From: Syntrophobacterales bacterium
GTDB taxonomy: Bacteria > Desulfobacterota > Syntrophia > Syntrophales > UBA2210
Length of the DNA: 58,855 nt
Direction: 5' to 3'
Assembly: GCA_018433345.1 (NCBI GenBank)
Contig: JAHDRK010000036.1
Coordinates: 1 to 58,855 of the forward strand
Part shown: piece by piece, positions 51,214-58,855 of the stretch
Layout: the number at the start of each line of letters is the position of its first letter
Numbering within the stretch: the stretch's first letter is position 1
Notes under the pieces: generated by a model
The model's database searches: none
Seen by the model: the letters and a program-made list of their open reading frames with translations, nothing else
Told to the model about the DNA's origin: nothing
Program-made: the position numbers and the translations under genes

Positions 51214-52466
51214 GCGCCCGCCGGTCCTTCTTTCTTCTTTTTTTCGCGGTTTGAAATTATCTGGAGATCCTTGTCGCCTCGGCCCGAGAGATTCACCACC
51301 ACGATCGAGTCCTTCGAGAGCTTCGGGACCTCTTTCATGCACCAGGCAAGGGCGTGGGCGCTTTCCAGGGCCGGGATGATGCCTTCCGTGCCGCAGAGGA
51401 GATGGAATGCCTCCAGTGCCTCCTCGTCGGTGACGGACACATACCTGGCCCTGCCCAGGTCTTTCAGCATGGAGTGCTCAGGTCCTACACCTGGATAATC
51501 GAGCCCTGCGGAGATAGAGTGCGCCTCCCTGATCTGCCCGTGCCCGTCCTGGAGGACGTACGACTTGGAACCGTGAAGCACGCCCAGAGTGCCTTTTCCC
51601 AAGGTCGCTGCGTGCCTGCCCGATGCAATGCCTTCTCCGGCCGCCTCCACGCCGATCAGCTCAAGGGCATCACCAAGAAAGGGATGAAAGAGCCCCATGG
51701 CATTGCTGCCGCCGCCGACGCAAGCTACGAGATAATCGGGCAATCTCCCGAGAGAGGCTAGAACCTGTTCCCTGGCTTCCTTGCCGATGATCGCTTGGAA
51801 ATCACGCACCATCATGGGATAGGGATGGGGACCTGCCACGGAACCGATAACGTAATGGGTGTCCGTCACGGTGCTTACCCAGTGTCGCATGGCCTCGTTC
51901 ATGGCGTCTTTCAGCGTTCCCGACCCCGAAGAAACGGGAACCACGTCGGCGCCCAGAAGCTCCATGCGAAGAACGTTTGGGGCCTGCCTTTCGATGTCCT
52001 CCACCCCCATGAAGACCTTGCACTCCATCCCGAAGAGGGCGGCCGCCGTGGCCGTGGCTACACCGTGTTGCCCTGCGCCCGTTTCGGCGATCACTTTTTG
52101 CTTTCCCATCCGGTGTGCCAGAAGCGCCTGCCCGATCGTGTTGTTTATCTTGTGAGCCCCGGTGTGGGCCAGGTCTTCCCGTTTCAGATAGATTCGGGCG
52201 CCGCCCAAGTGAGCCGTGAGACGACGGGCGAAAAAAAGAGGCGTGGGGCGACCCACGTAATGGGAAAGCAGGTCACGCAACTCTTCCTGGAATGTTGGAT
52301 CGGGCGTGATTTTTTTGTAGGCGATTTCCAGTTCCAACAGGGCCGGCATGAGTGTTTCCGCCACATATCTCCCGCCGTAGATTCCGAAATGGCCTGATTC
52401 GTCGGGCATGGTGTTTGTAATTGATTTTATTTTGCTCTGTTTGTCCACGAGTTCACTTTCATTCAT
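51210..52466 (-). CDS. trpB: tryptophan synthase beta subunit
   Basis: [45 protein letters not shown]; GGAGG RBS before 52466. Confidence 0.97.
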   Translation of the reverse strand: MNESELVDKQSKIKSITNTMPDESGHFGIYGGRYVAETLMPALLELEIAYKKITPDPTFQEELRDLLSHYVGRPTPLFFARRLTAHLGGARIYLKREDLAHTGAHKINNTIGQALLAHRMGKQKVIAETGAGQHGVATATAAALFGMECKVFMGVEDIERQAPNVLRMELLGADVVPVSSGSGTLKDAMNEAMRHWVSTVTDTHYVIGSVAGPHPYPMMVRDFQAIIGKEAREQVLASLGRLPDYLVACVGGGSNAMGLFHPFLGDALELIGVEAAGEGIASGRHAATLGKGTLGVLHGSKSYVLQDGHGQIREAHSISAGLDYPGVGPEHSMLKDLGRARYVSVTDEEALEAFHLLCGTEGIIPALESAHALAWCMKEVPKLSKDSIVVVNLSGRGDKDLQIISNREKKKKEGPAGA

Positions 52467-52483
52467 GTAAAAGACCTCCTTGT

Positions 52484-52519
52484 ACAAGAAAACCGTGGGC
52501 TGTGAAGCCGCCCACGGTT
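52484..52519 (-). terminator. attenuator terminator of the trp operon
   Basis: Minus strand ACCGTGGGC-GGCTTCACA-GCCCACGGT followed by TTTCTT, immediately upstream of the trpB RBS. Confidence 0.8.
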
Positions 52520-52550
52520 CCATTGTGTGACTGGAAGCGTTTTAGGCTGA

Positions 52551-52667
52551 TCAGCAACAGGAAATACCGTCGGCGGCGTCGTACATGGCGATCATCCGCC
52601 ACCTCGGCCGAACGGCGTACAATGAGATCCTAAAACCTGCTGTCTGCTTTATATTGTTTCTATTCAT
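52551..52667 (-). CDS. putative trp leader peptide (38 aa, single Trp in RPRWR)
   Basis: MNRNNIKQTAGFRISLYAVRPRWRMIAMYDAADGISCC* upstream of the terminator; alternative antiterminator pairing visible. Confidence 0.6.
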   Translation of the reverse strand: MNRNNIKQTAGFRISLYAVRPRWRMIAMYDAADGISCC

Positions 52668-52674
52668 AGAAACG

Positions 52675-52703
52675 CTTCTAATCGAGGTTTGGCTTCATGT
52701 CAA
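52675..52703 (-). promoter_or_regulatory. sigma70-type promoter of the trp leader
   Basis: TTGACA-17 bp-TAGAAG on minus strand, 7 nt before the leader ATG. Confidence 0.55.
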
Positions 52704-52741
52704 GATATTTCATGTGGTTTTTATGAAAACGGGATTTTTTC

Positions 52742-52796
52742 TTTACAAAAACTAGGTACTCTGGTATCAACCAAATAGTTAAACCAAATGTTTAGT
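52742..52796 (+). promoter_or_regulatory. putative promoter and TetR operator
   Basis: TTTACA-17 bp-TATCAA followed by repeated AACCAAAT / imperfect ACCAAATGTTTAGT. Confidence 0.35.
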
Positions 52797-52824
52797 ATAA
52801 ATCAGTCAAAGGTGGTGGCCGCGT

Positions 52825-53460
52825 ATGGGAACTGCCGATAGAAGCCGGGAAACGATAGACCGCATCACGAGGGCGGCCATTGAGATGTTTTCGGAAAAAG
52901 GGTTCGATGGAGCCCGAATTGACGCTATCGCCCGGCTGGCGGGGGTCAACAAGGCGACGATTTACTATCATATCGGCGACAAGGAAGCGCTATACCGACT
53001 GGTGCTTCGCATCGTCATAACCGATACAGTCGCTCAGATCGAGTCGGCCTTGGCGTCGCTTGCAACCCCCCAGGAAAAACTTCGAGCCTACGTGCGAATA
53101 TTTGCCCGATCGGCCGCCAACAACCCCGGCATGGCCCCCATTATGATGCGCGAGCTCGCCTCAGGATCGAAAAAACTTCCGGCGGAAATAGCTCTCATTT
53201 ACGGTCGGACAATCGATCTTGTAACGGAGATTCTCGAGGAAGGCATGAAAAAGGGGGTTTTTGTGAGGGTCTCGCCCCTGCTTATTTACGTGATGGTGGC
53301 CGGCGGCGTGGTTTTATACCATCTCACTGATCCCGTGAGGGCCCGCCTCGCCGTGGAAGCCGGCAGGCATTACGAAGTTGAGGAATCTGAAGACGGGGGG
53401 ATCATAGGGGAAATAGAAAAGATAATCATGAACGCCGTCATGAAGCCGCAAAAATTATAA
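52825..53460 (+). CDS. TetR/AcrR family transcriptional regulator
   Basis: F.EKGFDGA.ID.IA..AGVNKA.IYYH..DKE.L HTH. Confidence 0.93.
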   Translation: MGTADRSRETIDRITRAAIEMFSEKGFDGARIDAIARLAGVNKATIYYHIGDKEALYRLVLRIVITDTVAQIESALASLATPQEKLRAYVRIFARSAANNPGMAPIMMRELASGSKKLPAEIALIYGRTIDLVTEILEEGMKKGVFVRVSPLLIYVMVAGGVVLYHLTDPVRARLAVEAGRHYEVEESEDGGIIGEIEKIIMNAVMKPQKL

Positions 53461-53476
53461 GAGCGATGCGACATTA

Positions 53477-54508
53477 ATGATAGTGAATGTTTTCAAAGGG
53501 TTGCCGTTGATGCTGATGGTGATCTTCCTCGCCGGGTGTCCTTCCGAGACTCCCCCTGTTGAATCCCCGCGTCCTGTTTCAGTTAGCATGGTGGAATCGT
53601 TTGACTCGATGGAATCGAAATCCTTCAGCGGCATTGTGCAAGAGCGCGACCTCGTGAGACTGTCTTTTCGAGTGGCGGGACAGGTTGAAGAGATCCCCGT
53701 GGAGGAAGGATGCTCCGTTCGCGAGGGTGAGCTCCTGGCCCGTCTCGATTCCCGGGATTACAGGCTTCAATTGGAGGCGACGAGGGCGGAGTACGAGCGG
53801 GTGATCGCCGAGGTCAAGCGATACAAGGAGCTGTACACCCGGAAAAACATAACCGAAATTGAGTACGAAAAGGCCTTGGCCGGAGAAAAACAAATCAACG
53901 CCAAGCTCGCGGCCGCCGAAAACGCACTTAACGATACCCGTCTCTTGAGTCCCTTCGACGGGTATGTACAGGCCGTTTATGTGAGTGAGAAGGAAATGGT
54001 GGACGCGGGCACGCTCATTCTGTCCCTGGTCGATCTGTCGGTGTTGGTGATAGAAACGAACATACCACCCGCCTTCTATATTTTGAGGGATCGTTTCGAA
54101 GATTTTTCCTTTTCCTCGTCTCTTTTCCCAGGGGAGGACCTTCCACTGGAATTGATCGGTATAACGGCCAAAGCGGATATGGGTAACCTCTACCGTGCGA
54201 GATTCAGGTATCGACCGGATCCTGGCTGTCTCTTGGCCCCCGGCATGAGCGTGCGAGTAACGATGCGTTATCGTCCGGATTCGCCGGTGCATATGCGTGT
54301 ACCGCTTTCCGCGGTTGTCGAGGAAGCGGGGGAACGTTTCCTGTGGTTCTACCGTGACGGCAGGGTGATGAAGCAAAAAGTGGAGACGGCCATGGTCGAT
54401 TCCCATGGGATGGTGGGAATAAAAAAAGGTTTATCTCCGGGCGACATGGTGGTTACGGCCGGAAACCACGGTCTTGCCGATGGAGAGATTGTCAAAACGG
54501 TCCGGTAA
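53477..54508 (+). CDS. RND efflux membrane fusion lipoprotein
   Basis: LAGC lipobox, LSFRV.G, G.LLARLD, L.SPFDG, PGM. Confidence 0.9.
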   Translation: MIVNVFKGLPLMLMVIFLAGCPSETPPVESPRPVSVSMVESFDSMESKSFSGIVQERDLVRLSFRVAGQVEEIPVEEGCSVREGELLARLDSRDYRLQLEATRAEYERVIAEVKRYKELYTRKNITEIEYEKALAGEKQINAKLAAAENALNDTRLLSPFDGYVQAVYVSEKEMVDAGTLILSLVDLSVLVIETNIPPAFYILRDRFEDFSFSSSLFPGEDLPLELIGITAKADMGNLYRARFRYRPDPGCLLAPGMSVRVTMRYRPDSPVHMRVPLSAVVEEAGERFLWFYRDGRVMKQKVETAMVDSHGMVGIKKGLSPGDMVVTAGNHGLADGEIVKTVR

Positions 54509-54515
54509 GAGTGTT

Positions 54516-57500
54516 ATGACTGTCACCAAACTTGCCTTCAAACACAGACAGCTCGTCTGGTTTCTCCTGTTTGCCTTGGTGACGGGTGGTGCCGCCTCTT
54601 ACATCATGATGAGCAAGCTGGAAGACCCGGAAATAAAGATTAAAACGGCCCTTGTCATAACGCCCTATCCAGGTGCCTCGGCGGAAGAGGTGGAATTGAC
54701 CGTTACAGATCACCTGGAGGCGGTAATCAAGGCCATGGGCGACATCCACGAAATTCATTCGCGCTCGATTCCAAACATGTCGGAAATCTGGGTTACACTG
54801 CGGAAAACCATCGCCGACGAAGAGATCGAGCAATACTGGGATATCCTGCGCAAGAAGATCGTCGATGCCCGGCCCGGCCTTCCAAGCGGGGCCATGGATC
54901 CGATGGTGTTCGATGACTTCGGCGACGTTTTCGGACTTTTCTATGCGCTTGTTTCTGATGGTCATTCTTATGAAGACATGAGCCGCTGGGCCGACGAGCT
55001 GAAAAGGCGGTTGTTGGCCATCGAAGGGGTGAGGCGTGTCCGTATCAACGGTGAGCAGGACGCGGTGATAAACATCAATGTCTCGGAGCAGAAAATGGCG
55101 ACACTGGGGGTCCATCCCCTCCGGATCATCGCGGCGGTCAACAACCAGACCTCCAGCGTCTATGCAGGTTCGTACGAAACACCCGGCAGAATGTTACGTA
55201 TAGCCGTGGATCACCAGTTGAAATCCATCGAAGAAATCGAGGACATCGTTATCCAGGGGGCGGGAACGTCCCAGGTCGTGCTTAAGGACATCGCCAGGGT
55301 CGAACGTGCCTACGAGGATCCTCCCTCCCCGAAGATGTTCTATAATAATTATCCGGCCCTTGGGATTTCAATTTCCATGGAATCGGGGGAGAACATCATC
55401 ACCATCGGGAAACGCGTTATGAACTGTGTGGACTCGTTCAGCTCAGAACTCCCCCGGGGCATTGAATTCAAGAAGGTGTACTTCCAGTCGGACGAGGTAA
55501 GCGACGCCATCGATACGTTCGTGTTGAATCTCATCACTTCTCTTGTCATCGTCATTGTCATCATCATGCTCTTGATGGGCCTCAGGTCCGGGATAGTGGT
55601 AGGAACGAGTCTTATTATAGCGATAGCAGGCACATTCCCGATCTTGTTTATCTTGGACGGCACGGTACAGCGTGTTTCGCTGGGCGCCTTCGTCTTGGCC
55701 ATGGGCATGCTCGTGGACAACGGCATCGTGGTGGTGGAGGGTATCTGGCGCGACTTGAAGATGGGGAAAGACCGACTGCATGCCGTACAAAACACGCCTT
55801 CCCTTACGGCATGGCCACTCATGGGAGCGACCTTGATCGGCATATTCGCCTTTCTGCCTGCGTTTCTGTCCCCCGATGATACGGGAACCTACACAAGGGA
55901 TCTTTTCCTGGTGCTTGCCATATCGCTGCTTCTTAGTTGGCTGCTTGCCATGACGCAGGTTCCTCTTATGGCTTACCGACTCATGAAGATTTCCGATAAA
56001 CAGAAAGAAAGGGAGCTATACGACACGCGGCTTTTTAGGTTGATACGGAGGACCATGGAGTGGTGCCTTCGAAACCCGGTCCCGGTTCTTGCCTGCGTTT
56101 TATTTCTCCTTTTTCTGTCGATTGTTTCCTTCCAATTCGTGAAACAGTCTTTCTTTCCTGAATTTGTCTACAAGCAGGCTTACCTGGAGTACCGCCCGCC
56201 CGCCGGGACAAGTCCTTATAAAACGGAAGCGGATTTGAAGAAAATAACAGGGTGGCTTTTGGAGAAGCCGGGCGTATCGGCGGTGACGGGCAGTGTGGGG
56301 GAAACACCGACGCGGTACAACCTGACGCGGCTCATCGCCGAACGCAGCCCGTCGTACGGCGAACTGATAATAGAATTCGCGGACTATGAAACCCGTGTCG
56401 CCCTGAAGCCGGTGATCGAGGCTTACGTCCGTGACCACTACCCCGATGCCTATTCCCGTTTGGTCAATTACAAAATCATTTTTTCCCAAAACCTGGTGGA
56501 GGTCGAATTCAGCGGTCCCGACGGGGCTACACTTAGAGACTTGGCCGGTCGGACCGAGGCGACCATGAGAGATGCCGATCTCGTTGACGCAGCTACGATA
56601 CGAAACAGTTGGGAGCCCGCGATGCCTTACCTCGATGTTCACTATCATGTCTATGATGGGAAGCGGAGCCGCATCGAGCGTCGGGACATGGGCGTATCAT
56701 TCATGGCCGCCACGTCGGGACTGCCCGTGGCACGCTACTTCGAGGAAGACCGGGAACTTCCCGTGTACGTAAGGATGACGGATGCGGGAGGAGGGAAAAT
56801 AGGTGTGCTTGAAAACATACCTGTCTGGGGATTGAATTTTTTCAGTGTTCCCATAGGGAGTATCCTGGGACGCGAGATATCCTTTGATCAAGTAAAAGAC
56901 GACCTCGTGAAACCCACCCCGTTGAGTTCGGTGGCATCAATAGCCCTCGACTGGGAAGATTCTATTGTGCGGAGGATGAACGGACAGAGGTCGATAAAGG
57001 CTCAATGCGATCCCATTCCGGGTTATACGGCCGCCGATGTACTTGACAAAATAGGTCCGGCGGTAAGGTCGATGGAACTGCCGCCGGGGTATTCCTGGCA
57101 ATGGAAGGGAGAAAAGGGCGATCAACAGACCGCTCTGCGTTACATCATTCTCTTTCTGCCCGTGACGATCTTTCTCAGTGTTGTCGTGGTGCTGTTGCTT
57201 TTCAGAAGTTATCGGAAGCTCATCATTATTTTCCTGAGCATACTGCTTTCCATCATAGGCATCGTGCCTTCCCTCCTTTTACTGGGCGTCGAGTTCGGTT
57301 TTCTAGCCATTGTTGGTTCTATCGGGCTCATGGGGATGATGATCAAGAACGGCGTGGTGCTCATCGACGAGATCGACCGTTTCCGGGCGGAAATGGAAGA
57401 TGGGAGGCAAGCCGTCATAGAGGCGGCCCTATCGCGCGTACGTCCCGTATTCATGGCATCGGCCACCACCGCCCTGGGCATGGCCCCCTTGCTGGCGGAC

Positions 57501-57638
57501 CCTTTCTTTTCCAGTGGTTCCTATACCATCATGGGCGGTCTTATGGTGGGGACCATCATCACCCTCTTTATCGTCCCGCTTTTGTATTTTCTATTTTTCG
57601 GGGAAAATCAGAGGGATACCAACCCGGAAAGAGGATAA
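54516..57638 (+). CDS. RND efflux permease (AcrB/AcrD/AcrF family)
   Basis: YPGASAEEVE, GMLVDNGIVV.E, KNG.VL.D, R.RP....TT.LGM.PL. Confidence 0.95.
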   Translation: MTVTKLAFKHRQLVWFLLFALVTGGAASYIMMSKLEDPEIKIKTALVITPYPGASAEEVELTVTDHLEAVIKAMGDIHEIHSRSIPNMSEIWVTLRKTIADEEIEQYWDILRKKIVDARPGLPSGAMDPMVFDDFGDVFGLFYALVSDGHSYEDMSRWADELKRRLLAIEGVRRVRINGEQDAVININVSEQKMATLGVHPLRIIAAVNNQTSSVYAGSYETPGRMLRIAVDHQLKSIEEIEDIVIQGAGTSQVVLKDIARVERAYEDPPSPKMFYNNYPALGISISMESGENIITIGKRVMNCVDSFSSELPRGIEFKKVYFQSDEVSDAIDTFVLNLITSLVIVIVIIMLLMGLRSGIVVGTSLIIAIAGTFPILFILDGTVQRVSLGAFVLAMGMLVDNGIVVVEGIWRDLKMGKDRLHAVQNTPSLTAWPLMGATLIGIFAFLPAFLSPDDTGTYTRDLFLVLAISLLLSWLLAMTQVPLMAYRLMKISDKQKERELYDTRLFRLIRRTMEWCLRNPVPVLACVLFLLFLSIVSFQFVKQSFFPEFVYKQAYLEYRPPAGTSPYKTEADLKKITGWLLEKPGVSAVTGSVGETPTRYNLTRLIAERSPSYGELIIEFADYETRVALKPVIEAYVRDHYPDAYSRLVNYKIIFSQNLVEVEFSGPDGATLRDLAGRTEATMRDADLVDAATIRNSWEPAMPYLDVHYHVYDGKRSRIERRDMGVSFMAATSGLPVARYFEEDRELPVYVRMTDAGGGKIGVLENIPVWGLNFFSVPIGSILGREISFDQVKDDLVKPTPLSSVASIALDWEDSIVRRMNGQRSIKAQCDPIPGYTAADVLDKIGPAVRSMELPPGYSWQWKGEKGDQQTALRYIILFLPVTIFLSVVVVLLLFRSYRKLIIIFLSILLSIIGIVPSLLLLGVEFGFLAIVGSIGLMGMMIKNGVVLIDEIDRFRAEMEDGRQAVIEAALSRVRPVFMASATTALGMAPLLADPFFSSGSYTIMGGLMVGTIITLFIVPLLYFLFFGENQRDTNPERG

Positions 57639-57652
57639 GGAACAAAAGGAAT

Positions 57653-58855
57653 ATGAAACACTTTATCGTGATAATCGTTTTACTGTTGCTCTTGTTCGAT
57701 TCCGCGTTCAATAGCCATGCGGCGATCGAGGTTACGCCGGAAAGTTGTCGTCGGAGGGCGATACTGCAAAGTGAAGATCTTAAGGCCGAGGAAACACGCA
57801 GGGACCAGGCGGACTTACGGACCAAAGAACATCGAACCCACTATCTTCCCAAGATATCGGCCGCGGGATATTACCTCAATACGCGCGGCCGATACGATTG
57901 GGACGTGGATAGAGCCCTTTTCGCCCCCTTGGGGCAACAGGTACCGCTGGACACGATCAATCCGCTTACCGGCCGTCCCATCGACGATGTAAGCGGGCAT
58001 CACATAATGAAACAGTCTGCCTGGTATACCACCATCCGTGCAGAACAACCTCTCTACATGGGCGGGAAGATCAGGGCGGCAAACAAGATGGCGGAGGTGG
58101 CCGAAGGGATTTCCCTGGAATCCGTCGAGGCAAGCCGTCAGTCGGTCATCGCCGAAGCGGATCAGGCATACTGGCGGTTTGTCGCCGTTAACGAGCAGGT
58201 ACAGGCGGCTGCCGCCTACGTGGATCTTCTCGATGCACTTGAAGGCCGGGTGAGCCATGCAGTGGACACGGGACTGGTGCATCGCAACGAACTACTAAAG
58301 GTTCGTGTCCGTTGTAACGAAGCCGCCCTGGACCTCGAGCGGGCAAGAAACGGCAGCGAGTTGTTGCGCATGTCGCTTTGTCGGATCATGGGTTATGATC
58401 TCGCAACTCCTCTCGAGCCGGCCCATGGAGAAATCGCGGTACCCCGTCGCGAAGAAATCCCAGCCGACCCCGATCTATCCGTCAGGAGACGACCCGAGTA
58501 CCGGATGCTGGAGGACAAGGTTGAATTGAATCGAGAGAATGAACGACTGGTGCGTTCCGATTATTTGCCCCAAGTGGGTGTCACGGCGGGTTACGGCTAC
58601 CTGGGGGATATCGAGGTATATCGGACTGACATTTCGAGGGAGGGCTTCTACGTGATTGCGGAGGCGAAGGTTCCCATCTGGCAGTGGGGTGAAGGCCGCT
58701 ATCGGAAAGAGTCGGCGAAACTGGATTCCCGCCTTGCCGAGTTGGATCTCCAGAAGTATGAAAAGCTCATGGAACTCGAGGTCCAGCAGGCTTTTTTCGC
58801 CATGTCCGAAGCCCATGCGAGGTGCGGTATGACGGGGACGGGCCTGAAACAGGCC
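57653..58855 (+). CDS. TolC-family outer membrane efflux protein (3'-partial, runs off window)
   Basis: Reading frame from ATG 57653 with signal peptide, YLPKISA, QPLYMGGKI, YLPQV, PIWQWG; absent from the ORF track, consistent with no stop inside the window. Confidence 0.88.
   Translation, partial: MKHFIVIIVLLLLLFDSAFNSHAAIEVTPESCRRRAILQSEDLKAEETRRDQADLRTKEHRTHYLPKISAAGYYLNTRGRYDWDVDRALFAPLGQQVPLDTINPLTGRPIDDVSGHHIMKQSAWYTTIRAEQPLYMGGKIRAANKMAEVAEGISLESVEASRQSVIAEADQAYWRFVAVNEQVQAAAAYVDLLDALEGRVSHAVDTGLVHRNELLKVRVRCNEAALDLERARNGSELLRMSLCRIMGYDLATPLEPAHGEIAVPRREEIPADPDLSVRRRPEYRMLEDKVELNRENERLVRSDYLPQVGVTAGYGYLGDIEVYRTDISREGFYVIAEAKVPIWQWGEGRYRKESAKLDSRLAELDLQKYEKLMELEVQQAFFAMSEAHARCGMTGTGLKQA

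Noticed and set aside
57653-58855. TolC as a frameshifted pseudogene because it is missing from the ORF track
   Set aside because: The segments translated by hand read as TolC in one frame; it simply has no stop inside the window

Overview
Chromosomal, gene-dense window from an anaerobic bacterium. Gene content and order suggest a Desulfobacterota/Syntrophales-like deltaproteobacterium (inference). No rRNA, tRNA, CRISPR array, transposase, integrase or phage genes were recognised. Housekeeping content: HDAC-gatCAB-mtnA-HAD, ftsH, cfa, an attenuator-controlled trpB-trpA-(broken trpD)-trpC-trpF operon, and a TetR-RND efflux operon running off the right end. Accessory anaerobic-metabolism modules: (i) DUF6125 / SCP2-like / degenerate Fe-ADH / Fe-ADH / AOR / ferredoxin; (ii) a translationally coupled MenA-like prenyltransferase and radical SAM-SPASM pair; (iii) hypAB with no hydrogenase; (iv) a self-contained periplasmic flavin-reductase respiratory locus with two non-fumarate flavocytochrome-c-type flavoproteins, a 15-heme cytochrome c/cytochrome b fusion, its own System II heme maturation genes and two decayed Tat-leader relics; (v) a stand-alone half-PurL with a rewired active site next to a histidine-decarboxylase-like PLP enzyme. 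A 27-bp palindromic repeat occurs three times at gene 3' ends. The best candidates for undescribed biology are (v) and (iv). All calls come from reading motifs by eye; no database searches were run.
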